Positions 1 to 13,490 of a DNA stretch of 64,000 nucleotides are shown here, one piece after another. This DNA comes from Pavona decussata (Eukaryota). Position 1 is the first letter of the stretch, and the number at the start of each line of letters is the position of its first letter. The notes beneath the pieces were generated by a model that worked only from the letters and a program-made list of their open reading frames with translations, was not told the origin of the DNA and searched no databases. A program made the translations under genes and the position numbers. Where the stretch lies: contig CDRNST010000060.1 in assembly GCA_977016875.1 (NCBI GenBank), forward strand, positions 6,200,001 to 6,264,000, in the 5' to 3' direction.

Positions 1-121
1 AAGACTCTGGCAAATTGAAATAAGAAATTAGAAAGTTTTTTAAATTAAATTTTTAATTTCACTTTTAGAGTGAAGCTTTTGTTGTATTTTTATTTTAAGC
101 GATGCCGTCCCATAGATAATT

Positions 122-425
122 AAAGAAATTAAGCAATGAGGACGGTGACGGCGCTGAGAATGCCACAAAACAAAACACTTGATGAGCACAAATAATCGCG
201 TTGCACGGCGTTTTCAGTTTTGGTACATTTCTTTTCCATCTTCTGCAAAGCAACAACGTGAAATAACCACATTCAAGGTTTTGTGGAGAACTTGATCACA
301 CGACGGTCGATTTTTCATTCTTTAATTCGCCGCTTTAATCGAGAACTAGCACAAATAAAATGAAGTTATTTTTTCTACTGACGTTTTCGTTGCTGTGGCC
401 GTCGTTACTCGTTGTCATTCATTGC
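122..425. mobile_element. Decayed MITE-like repeat (AAGCAACGACGACGGCGACGGC-type family)
   Basis: Left end aagcaatgaggacggtgacggcg and right end ggccgtcgttactcgttgtcattcattgc are loosely inverted. Family recognised from memory of cnidarian repeats. Confidence 0.5.
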
Positions 426-472
426 AAAACTCAACAGTAATTTCGCTGTCATCAAAAATCTTATTGAACGAA

Positions 473-622
473 TGCAAATATATGAAACATATATTTTGAA
501 CTGCGAATGAAAGATCAAATAGAAGACAGGTCCTCGCAGTTGGTACGCAAAAACAAATTCAGGCTTTCTTTTCGCAACTGCTTAAGTTGCGTACCAACTG
601 CGAGGATCTTTCTACTATTTGA
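473..622. repeat. Internally deleted member of the tRNA-like palindromic repeat family
   Basis: Perfect 20-bp inverted repeat tcctcgcagttggtacgcaa (531-550) / ttgcgtaccaactgcgagga (587-606). The head aatatatgaa..tgaactgcg matches 34448 and 60820. Confidence 0.75.
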
Positions 623-1018
623 AAAAACTTATTGTTAACAAGCCGGCTTTTCTTTGAGTTTGTCTGCATTTAATTTCGTTATCATTTGCCGAATAATTAA
701 AGTTTGGAATTTCGTGGTTACCTGCAATGTCGAAGAAGGCACAAATGTACGTTTTGTGTAAAATAAATGAAGTATAGTTCACATTAAAGGACAGATGGTA
801 CGGACATCCGTGGGCGCAATGTTTCGTTGTGTCAACGTATGCGACATCCGTGGCAGACATAATGAGATGTAATGAGCAAACATTTTCATTTTTCCCGATC
901 TTTCCTTGGCCTTTTTTTTTTAAAGCAAGCCTAAGAAATTCTTCGAAAACATTAGAAGGTAATCATAGAAACTGTCCGGAGTTGCCTCCTTCGGACTGAG
1001 TTTTAGTGATTGGAATAT

Positions 1019-2173
1019 GAGCCTCTCTATGGGTATTTCCGAAGAAATCGAAGACGCGAAGATCACCGCTGAAAAAACGAAGATCTGAAAATTTACCAAA
1101 CTTTGCGTGATCAAATTGAACACTCAGATATAAATTAAAACTGTCAACTGAAACTCGTAAACGATACAGTATCATTTATTTCTGAATTTTGGCATTTTTA
1201 ACCACATTTCTGTGTGTTGAAATTGGGTTGACAGACCTGCTCGAATCCCAATGTGTGTCCGTTGTGTTGATAAAAGCCTTTTCAGTTTTAGTTTTACAAG
1301 CATGCGTATGTCTTTAAGCGATTTTCCTTTTGTATAAGAGAATCTTCCCTTTAGATCAAAATGTGATGCGACCGCTCTTAATGGTGTTTGTCTTGATCGT
1401 GAGGGGGAATTCTCAAATATACTGAATGGAGGGTTTCTTACTGATCACTAAGAGCAGTAAGGATTAGGTGTTGATATACCATTGTGTATGCTAGCTCTGT
1501 GACATTTGTTAAGCTTATCGGCTTTTATTGACTTCAAGATTTTAGGTCTGAGTGCTAAATAAATGTTGTCTGTAAAGATACAGGATCCGTGGATTTCTTA
1601 ACTCGTGAATTAATGCTTCTGCTATTGTATCTCGCTGCGTGAGGATTGCACGGATACGAGTGTCTAACAGATTGCAATCTTTACAAAGCTTATCATTGTT
1701 GTCTCTTGCTTTCGAGAGCGATAGCTTCGTTGTAGCGCTGTCTTTTAGCTCTCTGAGTTGCTTCTTATCTGAAAAACAGCTATTGTGTTCTTAGAGCTGA
1801 CAACGTTGTTGTGAGTCTCTAGGATGTTGGTGTATTTCTTCTGGCGAGTGTCTTATGTTGTTTCTCATACAATACTGCAGTTTCGATTTCTTGGAATCTC
1901 ATCAGAAGCTAACATGTTAAAATGGGGTTAAAACGTCGCCAAAGAATCCAACAATATTTTATTGTTTCAAGAACTGTTTATATTAATTTTCGTGAATTTA
2001 AACAGTGAGTTATGCAATTTGCTATTGAAGTGAAATATTTATCAATTGTGAATAACACTGAATAAGCGTTTAAACCATTTCAATCTGAAAAAACGAAGAT
2101 CTTCCTAAAAAAACGAGGATTTGCGAAAAAATCGCGAAGAAAACGAAGACCGTGGGTACCAATAGAGAGGCTC
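1019..2173. mobile_element. Non-autonomous TIR DNA transposon, 1155 bp, 6-bp TSD
   Basis: TIR gagcctctctatgggta / taccaatagagaggctc (16/17 match); TSD GAATAT at 1013-1018 and 2174-2179; CGAAGA motif clusters at both ends; no ORF. Confidence 0.88.
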
Positions 2174-2202
2174 GAATATCCTTTTAGATTCATAGTGACG
2201 TT

Positions 2203-3700
2203 TGCCTGTTCTGTAATACTGGTTAGACATTCCACAATTGTAGTTGTTTGCCTTTACTTTCCCTTCCAGACTCGCCGGAGCAGTTGCCTTGGTTTGTTAT
2301 ACCTTATACAATTAGAATAGGCCAGTGATAACTCACTTCTCACAGTCTCCCGTTACTAAAAATAGTGACTCTCGTTTTCAAGTCCATAGATGGTCTCATT
2401 GCCACTACATGGTTTCGCTATGAGCTGAGCTTATGTAGTCTCTTTGTTCAAATAACTAAGGATGTTAACTCTCAGTCATTACGATAAAACATTTGAAAAC
2501 ATTGATAACTAGTATAGTTTTTGGGTTGCATTGGTAGCAGTTATTGGCTTTAGGTCAAATGTTTGTCGGTCATATCAAACAAAGCATTGAGTTACAGTTT
2601 TGAGGTTTCGAATAAATCCTTTCCAGATAATGTTTTCTACTAAATTTTGGACAATTCAATATCGAGCTTTTTCTCATTTAAAACACCAAGGCCTAAAATT
2701 ACTCACCGAATGGCAGTTAATGTTGTATGATTCCGCTGTCTAACCGACTGAATTTGGCCGCTGCTTGACGCAGATTCATTTCAATTCTTCAACCCCTGCT
2801 GTCACTCTCTTTCTTGTCTAGCCAATCACTTTCTGCCGATTACCTCACCTCAGGCCAATTCACAACAAATTACTTTTGTTGCTTGGTAGAATGTCTCTGA
2901 ATATCGCTTAAAAAAAAAAAAAAAAAAAACAACGACTTTTTGTCACAGTGCCTGTTCTGTAATACTGGTTAGACATTCCACAATTGTAGTTGTTTGCCTT
3001 TACTTTCCCTTCCAGACTCGCCGGAGCAGTTGCCTTGGTTTGTTATACCTTATACAATTAGAATAGGCCAGTGATAACTCACTTCTCACAGTCTCCCGTT
3101 ACTAAAAATAGTGACTCTCGTTTTCAAGTCCATAGATGGTCTCATTGCCACTACATGGTTTCGCTATGAGCTGAGCTTATGTAGTCTCTTTGTTCAAATA
3201 ACTAAGGATGTTAACTCTCAGTCATTACGATAAAACATTTGAAAACATTGATAACTAGTATAGTTTTTGGGTTGCATTGGTAGCAGTTATTGGCTTTAGG
3301 TCAAATGTTTGTCGGTCATATCAAACAAAGCATTGAGTTACAGTTTTGAGGTTTCGAATAAATCCTTTCCAGATAATGTTTTCTACTAAATTTGGACAAT
3401 TCAATATCGAGCTTTTTCTCATTTAAAACACCAAGGCCTAAAATTACTCACCGAATGGCAGTTAATGTTGTATGATTCCGCTGTCTAACCGACTGAATTT
3501 GGCCGCTGCTTGACGCAGATTCATTTCAATTCTTCAACCCCTGCTGTCACTCTCTTTCTTGTCTAGCCAATCACTTTCTGCCGATTACCTCACCTCAGGC
3601 CAATTCACAACAAATTACTTTTGTTGCTTGGTAGAATGTCTCTGAATATCGCTTAAAAAAAAAAAAAAAAAACAAAAAACAACGACTTTTTGTCACAGTG
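2203..3700. repeat. Direct tandem duplication, 2 x ~746-752 bp
   Basis: Unit starts tgcctgttctgtaatact at 2203 and 2949 and ends aacgactttttgtcacagtg at 2950 and 3700. The only differences I saw are in homopolymer tracts. Confidence 0.95.
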
Positions 3701-4082
3701 TTTGAATAACGCTGTGCATTTTGATCAGTGTTCGAAAAGATTAGAAATTCATTAATTTCTAACCTCAAAGTAATTTAGATTCCAGGCGGCGCTGACATGA
3801 ATTCTTCCTTTGGTGAGACTGTTACCGACATATTAACAGCGTTTCGTAAATTGCTGCAAATTGCTGGACGTTTAAAGTCCTCCACTCTAATGTAGGGAAA
3901 ACTTTCTTACGACTATCACGTATGCGATCGCGCCGTGTTTTAATTGCATCACGTATCTCAGCTGCTTTATATATTTTATGTATACGCAACACTTTGTAAA
4001 TGTAAATGAGCTTGACTTAAATTCGCTCGGTCGAAAATTATGGTAGGTAAAAATTCTTTGTAAGAAAATGTCAAGAGAAAGC

Positions 4083-4142
4083 CAATCTCGTTCCCAAGGA
4101 TTTTCTTGTAATTCGAAAGAGAAAAGCCCTGGGACCGAGGTG
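4083..4142. repeat. Short palindromic MITE-like element (CTCGTTCCCAGGG...CCCTGGGAACGAG type)
   Basis: caatctcgttcccaagg ... ccctgggaccgaggtg imperfect inverted arms. Confidence 0.65.
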
Positions 4143-5954
4143 GACAGACAAAAAGCATAATTCTTGTTACCAGTCTCAATGGCGCAATTTATTTGTCACA
4201 CTTGAGTCGCATGGAATATTATTGAAGCCCAACAAAAAGGAATAATCTCAGTAAATGTGCCAAATAAGCACACACAAAAAAGGTAACACACTTTACTTTG
4301 AGAGCTGAATGGTTTAAAAGTCGTACAGAGTCCAAATTCGATGTTTATCTGAAACCTGAATGTTATTTATCGCAAAGGTAGTATGACTTACAAATTGGGC
4401 CTATGCAGCTGGTCTCACGTCTAGCCATTATTCTTGTGTTTTCCCTTAACTCGATTTAATATATACTGTTGTTGGCTCGGCTTTCTATGATACTTTACTC
4501 TTTTTCGCTGAAATTCGTTTCAGAACAATTTGATGCTCGTTCTTTTGAAAAGTTACCTACAACTAATGCTTGGAATAATCATTAAACGCGAGAAAGCGTG
4601 TATCATCAGCATAACCAACACTGACAAAAAAATTGAGAAATTCAAGATGTGGAATATTCGACACGCCAACGGTTTGCTTTGCTTCAACATGACGAGTTAT
4701 TAGTGAGTTTTAGAACGTCAAAAGTGTCAGGATGCCTCCTTCGTTCAGTCTTGATTTGATCAAATGTATTGTCGATTGCAAACTGTGGAAGAGTCGCCAA
4801 TAAGAGTAGTTTATTGTAACTAGAATTTCAGTTTTATTCAAAAAAAAAAGTCTGTTAGTTTTTAAATGTGGGGAAAAGTTTCAAATGCCGGGGCTCCCTT
4901 CTGTGTTATACGAGGAAACATCTTAATGAATCTCGGAATCGTCAAATCTTTAAAATGCGTTTTTCGATGTTTAAATAGTTTTCCGCCTTTTTTGTGGTTT
5001 TGGTGGCGAAGCATTTACGATATCAGCTATGAAAATTTCACAGAGACATGATAAATGACCCTCTCTGAGCAGTACTCGTCTTCCGAATTCCCTTCACCTC
5101 TCTTTATTAAGATGATAATACCTTACTTTATCAAACCATGAAAACTCCACCAGAGAATTTTAAGACTACAATCAGAAGAAAAAAGTCATTTATGGAAATA
5201 CTTGTGGCTGTTCATAATATTTTGTAAAAATATTTCAATGATATTTTACATTGTTACTTACTGTTCACTTGAAATGGTGTTTGTTTGAAAAAGGGTCCTT
5301 AGGTTTGGTACTTATGGCATCAAGCGTTCAGTTCATGTGGTTGTATAGTAGTTTAAAGCAAGTTTTATATTCAATGGCACTTTCCTGTGTTTTGGTTGAT
5401 CGTCCAATGAGTTTGCATATTTGTCAATTGTTTTCCTTTTAGGTATTTTCTGGAGTAAAATGTAATGCATGGAAGAAATTGGCTCCAATTGCCGTGTACT
5501 TTCGTATTTAGAGATGAATACAAAGGAACACATTAAGATTTAGTAAGTAATCCGAGTAACTGTCCTTAAGCTATACTCCACACCAGCCTCTGACGTTGAA
5601 AGGGGAATGTGGCGGGCAATTTAAAATAATTTGCGACATTTTTGTAGTATATCTTGGGCGAGACATCTTGCAAAATGGGAAAATAACTATTTAATAAGCG
5701 ATAAAAAAGCATCACCGAAAGATGCAATAAACCGCAAACTATATACAGCACGTATGATTGCGGAATGTATTTCACAAAGTTCCTGTGAATGGGTCGTCGT
5801 CGTTAATCGTGCTCCCCCATTTATCTAAATTTTGAGTGAGAGCTATGCTTTGGCCGCATATTGACGCATTTGCTGTTAACTCCAGTAAAAATGAATTTAT
5901 ATTTGATACCAGATAAGCTCCCACCTGCGGTTAATCACTGCTCCCATCGGTGTG

Positions 5955-6175
5955 TGAAAGTGTGGATGAAAGTCTAAAAGCTTAGCCACGAAATAGCTGC
6001 TAAGCAGCACTCATCCTCTAACTTTTGTGTCCAGAACATGAAATCATTAAGTGTGACCAAACGAAAGCTACTGAGCAGTATTTGTTGTACCAGGTGGTTC
6101 TGTGGTTTTAATGATAAAGTGTGGCCATTCAAATGAACTTATAAGCAGTGAGTTTCTGTGACTCTATTTGTTTGT
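5955..6175 (+). repeat. Degenerate copies of the ~107-bp dispersed tandem repeat
   Basis: gtggatgaaa, aagtgtgacca..gaaagctactgagcagta, tgtggccattcaaatgaa; same family as 49436-49770 and a fragment at ~11955-11990. Confidence 0.7.
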
Positions 6176-9100
6176 CATTCTCCCTAATTTGTCACCGATT
6201 TTGCTTGGGTGAAGTATTTGGGTGTGAAGGGTTCCCGTGAGATATTCCCGGAAGACGTAAGACAGATTAATTGCTTCACCATTGGAGTCACCCCGAGCTC
6301 AAACCACGAGCGATACTACAAATAAATCTTATGAATTGGCGGGAGTTGCTTGACGTTAAAAATCGTATTAATGTTTTGCATCTTTTTCTGATTTGAAAAA
6401 AAAAAAAAAAAATGGTGCAAATAAGAACCACACTGTTACGCTTTCTAAAGATTTTACCTCCATTATCTTCTGATCGTGTTTCTCTTTTGTGGGAAATTGT
6501 TCAGTGTTTTCTATAAATACGTTGCAGTTAATTGGAAATATTGCAATTTTTGTTAATATCCCCTTCTCTATTTAAGTCCGAACTTTTAGGAAGATGACAC
6601 GAAACGAATTTCATTCTTATGGCTGAAACAAGGAAACACTCTATGGTTTAATATTTGCTCATGTCAGATAGGTCTTGGTTTATTGCTGTTTGAAAGAATG
6701 GTTGAAGATGTCCTTTTCTTTCGCTGACAAGAAAGAACGTTTACTTTCACTTTTCTTCTCATATAAACGAGCTATTAACTCAAACACTAAAATAGTGCTA
6801 AGATATGTAAATATAACAAGCATTAAACTAAGAAAACCTGGTGAACGTTTCATTTGCCATAAATATTTCAAAACATCGCGAATAAATGGCAACCACAGAC
6901 ATAACCGGTACATATACGGTACATATTCCTAATTGTAGCACGTATTATCCGCCTCTAAACCCATTACAAATGAAAACTGAGGGACAATTTTCCTGAAAGT
7001 GCATTAGAGCAACATCAAATATTTTTGTTCTCAACATAATTTGTATTTGGTCAACATCTCGTGCGTGCTTCGTCGATCCGAATGGCCAAATTACGCAACT
7101 GTGATAACTTATCGGCTTTGAAATGTCCCGGCTTCACGTCATTTTGACAACCAATCCACAAATTCCGTGATAAATTTCCAGTAATGTTATGTTTGCTTTT
7201 GTTCCTTCGCTGGAAAACGTTCCTGCGCAGACTAAGCGATGCATGAGAAGTTGCAAATGGTTTTGTGCATTGGTGACGCAGTGAGACCATTGGTAGTAGC
7301 TGTACTTTGTATGCTGAGCACATTTATTAGCTTTACCAAAAAGCCACCAAGGCAGCTATTAAGTATTAAACTTAAGAAATTCAATTTGATTTCATCATGA
7401 AACCGTCACGAAAGCGAAAAATCCACTTGAGTGTGGTTTTGTTTTGTCAGTTTTGTCTCAGGTTGTATTCTTGACTGCTCCATCAAGAATGTCCAAAATT
7501 CTGCAGGAGTTAAGGTAATTATAACATAAGCAACAATATAAAACAGGATTCACTGAAGCACGGTTTTTCTTACCCGTTTTATAGTTCGGCGACAACGAAA
7601 GGGTGACCTTTTAAACTGAGACAGCAGCATTGATTCTTATGAATAAAGGAAATAAATTATTACCGAGTCAGTGCAGAATAAAAGTCCTGAGTTTCCTGGT
7701 TTAGCTTTGAATTAACACTTAGCAAACTCTTCCTCTTACCTTCCTATCTCCAGTTAGCTGCAATTATATTTTTCGGCTTAGGTGTTTGTGATCAGTCGTC
7801 GAGCTAGATTGTAGTTTTATGGCGGTTTGTCATTGTGCTGCTTTGAAAAACTAATTTAAACTCAGTTTCGATCACGGGCACCTGCCTTTGTAACGCTCCT
7901 TAGCAGCATTAAGGGCGGACTCCCGTTTTGATAGATAAGGATGAATTAATTGTTTGTCTTCCGAAATGTCATAACTGATGGAGATCTGTTTTTGAGAAAT
8001 CATACAGATATCTAGCATGTTCGGGACTTCAGTTGTAACCCCCAATGAAGAAACCAGCGAAAGAATTAAATTCTTACTATAGGTGCAGTACTAATTTTCA
8101 TGATTACCCACCATGAACCCTGGCTCTTTTGTTGCGAGGAGTCGTGTGTAGATATATGAAAAGCAAATCAATGAAGTCATAGCGCGTCATCTTCGTATTT
8201 AATGAATATTTTAAGACTAACAAACAGCGTTAGCGCACAACACCGTTTCTTATTTATTTTAGTTTTCAAAACAAGTGATCAAACTAAAGCTCGCTTTACC
8301 AGTTTACAGTGAAACCAAAAAATTGTTTGTCACTTGGTTAAAATAGTCATGGTTTATTTTTAAAGCGTAGGAAGCGGATTAATTTGTCTTCAGTGGTCGC
8401 AAAGCTATTTCGATTTTCGCGACGTGGGAAGTAGTTTAATTTAAGGATTTATCAACGGGAGGAAATTGTAACCCGTCAACTTTACATATAATTATAAAAG
8501 CTTTTACGCCACCGATCGTTAATACTTTAATCCCATATTATAGTTGACTGCACGTATATTCAACAGTGATACGCTGCACTTTAAGGTTCGGTATTTGTTA
8601 AAACATTTCTATTGCTACACACTTTTTATACACAGGGAAAACATTTTCCATGAAAACCACACTTTTAAATTGCTATACATATAGAAGTAATATTTTTAAT
8701 TATTATTTGTTTCGGATTGAAGTATTTTTGTTTCGGTTCACTTTCAACTGTAATTTCCGAACGAGAAGAAAAAATATCGTGTAATTTTCCAAGTGTTCTT
8801 GTGACTTACACTTTTTATGTGCGAAATGCTAAAAATTGATGTTGTAAAACATGTTGAATAAAGTGAAAATTACCATTCATGTTGTCAAACTAGAAATGGC
8901 ATTATTATATACTTGTTCAGTTGCCACCATTCAGTAAACTTGAAATGAATTTTCTCGACAGAAATAAGGTATATCTATGTATTTATCGAAGGTGTTGTCG
9001 ATCATTTCCACTTTTACCAATGTGACCTTAATATCATTGTGAACGGGTTCGTGGTCAGCGACAGATAATTAGTAAAACAATTTACCAAAAGCTGTGTCAG

Positions 9101-10070
9101 GTGGTTTTTTTTCGATGAATTATACTCAAATGGGGAAACGAAAGTGCATGTTCTTGCAAAGTTGTGCAGATATTTTTTCTTTTTTAATTCTCCATAAGCA
9201 ATTACGTTGGAGAGCCCCAGACATGCCCTGGCTGTATTTTCTTTTAACGCTGATTTGAAACAAAATAAATTTGAATAAAAATATAAAAAAGCTTTTTCCC
9301 TGGCACTTGTTTTCTCTGTTTTTGTCTTTCTCATCGAAGAAATCATCTTTAGTTGAAAGAGCCCCACAATACCGTCTTCGATCTTCCTGTTTACAGTCGA
9401 CGTCTTGGTGAAATATCTTTGAAATTTAATGAGTTTTTTTTCTTAGTTGGCATTAATTTTTTCCAATTTAAAAATTTGTCAGTTTCGTTGTTTTTTTGTT
9501 TCATTTATAGTGACACTTTCATATGTTAGTTGTCCAATAGGCAAAAGGTAACTTTTTCTTTTCATGAAATGAAACATTTTTTATTTTACATATCATAAAA
9601 TCTTTTGGAGAACATTGCGGTGCCCAATTGCCCCAGAAAATTTTTTAACTTCACTTTTTAGTTTCTTAATCCTACTATGATAAAAACGTCGTCGTTGAGC
9701 TTCAAGCCTTTTAATATGCCCTTTGGTTGTGATAATCTCTTTTTTATTCTCATTTGAAGTGAATACCCTTAATAAACATTTTGCAGATTGAATTATGAGC
9801 GGCATGAAAGAAGAATATTAAAGACGAGCATGTTTTATCATGTATTCCTGTAAAATGTTTCCGTTAAATGTCTAACACCTTGTCTTTTGGATTTTAAGTT
9901 GTTCGTTTTTTCCCTTCGATCTGGGCAAAAAACGTTTCATTCATGTTTATGTTAATTCGTCGGCGTTTATGTCCGTCTGGATTAAAATCTAAGCTGCACT
10001 TGATGTTTTTTATTCATCTCAATTTATTTCATGGTTTCCTTCGACTGCATATAATGTTTGAGGTTTAAAT

Positions 10071-10119
10071 CCTCTCCCCATTGACGCAGCACCATAGTTT
10101 CTTTAGAAACTAAGACCCT
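10071..10119. repeat. Fragment of the Penelope-associated terminal repeat family also at 63816
   Basis: Reverse complement agggtcttagtttctaaagaaactatggtgctgcgtc aligns with 63816-63860. Confidence 0.6.
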
Positions 10120-13100
10120 TATCCATTTGTCATTAACTGGCTGTCACGACTAACCTTTTATCTTAGCATTCTCCTTTCAATAGCTTTCAGACCGAAGACG
10201 AAGATACCGAACACGTTTCTTAGGATTCACTCTTTACGGCGGCCAAATTACCTTTGAAAAACCTTCATATGAACTGTCAGAGGTAGCTGATTAAAGCTGC
10301 TGCGTGGTGTTTCAAGCTCGCTGTTTTTGTTATCAACCCAACTAATTTTGAAACACAACATTCCCTCCAATATAAAATCTTCCCGTAAACAAGTTTTCCC
10401 AGAAAAAAAGCGCGAAAAAGTCCTTTAAAAGAACTTTGCGGGTTATGTTTCCCGTGCCAAACATGAGTTGGTTTTTAGCCAGGCCTAGCTGTCTTTCGAT
10501 CCCAAATTAAGTCAGTTTTCAACATTAAATTACACATGTTTCTGATACTCCTTTATTGCTGGAGAAAATCTCGATTTTTTTGTTTTGAATTACTTCCTTT
10601 CTATTTGCTTACTGACTTGTCTAACAAACGTTGTCACTTACTTGCATGTGGTCTAGCGTTACCAACATACCTTGGCTGGAATAAGTTCACGAAGAAACGT
10701 CAATGATATTCGTCTCATATTACTTTGTGACTGCACGTATTTTATGTTCAGCTGTACATATTTTACGTTACCATTTTTCATTCTCATCGGCTATGATCAA
10801 GTACATGTTTTTTTCAATACATTAAATATGGAAACCCTGATATCCAGCCAGGATATTAAATATTTTGACATCCACTGAGTTTTTTCATAAGGCGTTTTAC
10901 GTAAATAGATGAGCTTATGGTTAAATTTTCGAAAGGATTTAAATTGTTAGGAAAAAACCAGATGATGATGTTTGGAATATTCAGAACTCGTAAAAATGAA
11001 TTTGATGGAGCAAATAACCTTTGTTTTAGAGGATTCCAAGGATTTGGTAGGATCGTCCAGCTTTATATACATTCAGTTTTGGTGTTTGAAAAATTTGAAC
11101 TAACTTGCCATTTGTTTGCAGCAAAGAATATTGAATAAAATTTACTAATTTTCCAATGGGTTTGAATTTAATTCTCTTTTTTTTTTATTCGTTAAGCGAT
11201 TGAAGAAGTGTAGAAAGTAAGGTACTAAAAGCAAATAGATTTGAGCATAAATAACAAGTTTGTGCACAACTATGCGCTGTTTTGTTTACATTTTTAGTTT
11301 GAAATGGATTTTTCTGACCCTTACCAAAAACCTAGACTAAACCCTAAATAACATAACAAATTTCAGCGTGCAGGCCTAAAGACCAAGTTTGTTTTGTTAT
11401 TCGAAAAAAGCAATGGAATAGTCTAGAAATATCTGGCGTTATTCCACTATATGCTGTGATAACAATGCATTGATCTACTTACCCCAGACCAGTACGAACA
11501 CATATCAGTTCCTGCTATGAAATACTGTTTAGAGAAACCCTTATTTCTTGTAACAAAAAAAAATTTATATTTTTATGTTGAGTTGCCTTCACACCTTCCT
11601 GATACTGTTTATTTATTCAAAGCTGCTCTCTTTCTCTTTATCTAAGTCAAGATTAGCATATAAATCATGGACACCTGCAAAACCAAGCACCTTTGAGAGT
11701 ACCAAGACAATCAGAAAGTGCTGGAATATGTAACGTTGTCAAGAAAAGTAAACTAAGCCTATATCACTTTGATTATTTTCTATTAAGGAAATTACTCGTG
11801 GGATGTTATAATCGGGAGTAGATAGTAGAACATATTATATTCACGGCGAAAATTCGAGATTCTCGAATGTTCTTCTTTACCTCTATAACTTTTTATTGTT
11901 TTTGTTAAATCACGGTTTTAATGGCATGGCGCTGCTGTACATGGAGTCGTAGGATGTGAAAGCTATTGAGCAGTATTTTCCTGCTGTGATTATATCACTC
12001 TGTTTCTGTTTTCTCAGTTTGGAAGACATAGTTTGACCTATTTTCAAGCAAGTAAGGATAAAGAAATCCAATAAAGAAACAATATCAACAATAATTACAA
12101 TAATGCCCGACGCGTTTCATTTCAACGTTTCTTCTTTTTGGCAAAAATGAGGAATGTAACGACTTTTTCGTAGGCAGGAAAAAATTTGTTCATTTTGGAG
12201 CAGTTTGCTTTTTATTGTTCTTGTGGCTGTAAATATGTATATTTACTTTATGTTTCTCAGTGGAAGTGGTGTAAACTTGTTGCCAAAATATTAATGCGGG
12301 ATTTAGTTTAATTGGGTATCGCAATGACATTTGCAAACTTGAAGTCGGTAGTTAAAACTAGCAAAACTCTCACAGCGTTTCATTCCGAGAAACCAACAGA
12401 AGCAATTCTTTAGTATTCCGTAAAATTTAAGTTCGACAGTAAAGAAATCATAAATTTTGGGATTTAAATTTCTGTTATAAAAATCAATTCTAAACATTTC
12501 CATGCACAGGAAGTCTAGCTAATTTGTTTTGAAAAACCAGAAATTCTTGCCAAGGAAATAGTGTTCTCCAAAAAACGGAAAAATTTCATCCAAATTTGGT
12601 GGATGACCAGAGTCCTTCATTTTAAATTTATGCTCTGGGACCCATTTTTTTCTCTAGGATAATTTTTCGGACTTTTATTATCGTATAGAATTGCAGGATG
12701 ATACGCTAGACAAGACTTCACTTTAGACTTACCTTCAGCCGTCTACGGTGCAGTACTCTTCTAAGTAAATATTCCAAAAACTGTGGGGTATCTTAACTTT
12801 TTTCGCGTACATCACGATCGTGCAACAATCTAGTTCTGGTTCACACTTTTAATTTCCCAAATTTACGATGCAGTCGTAATGAAATGCTCTGTTCGCGCCC
12901 AAGCCGCAGTCTTAATACTCAACTTTGTGTTTGTTCCGCTCAGGTGTGGCGTCACCAGGGTTAACAATAGACACAACGTTATTATTCACTTTCCGTCTAA
13001 CATCTCATCACCAAAAATACTCTGACAAATATCCTTATTGGTCAAAAAAATTTAATACGAGAAAAGATTAAAACGGCACTAATTGATTTTGGAAATTCAT

Positions 13101-13490
13101 TACAGGAGAAACCTAATATAAAACTGTTTCTTGCTGGGAGATACGTAGTTTTCAAAAAAAAAAAAATAAATAAATGAAAAAATAAAATGGACTAGTTTAT
13201 AAATTAAAAGTTAAAATTATTTATATGCGCTTTTGGCAGACTAAGTAAAAGAGGACCATTCATGAAAACATTTGTACATATAATTGATTTATACGTACAA
13301 GCTTTTTCTTTGTGTTTATCAAAAACTTTAGAAACTGAATTAATCAGTTGTTTTCTGGAAACCATTAAAATGTAAACTAGTCAGTAATGAATTTCAATAG
13401 CTTTCAGTGTTTTGGTTTTTCTTACAATGTACTTGTACTCACTGTAAATGCTTTCAACCGAGGAGCTATGTCAAAAGTAGGTAAATAATA

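Noticed and set aside
615-12503. Short ORFs of 60-117 aa in the ORF track
   Set aside because: Composition typical of random AT-rich DNA, with no domains or consistent exon chains.
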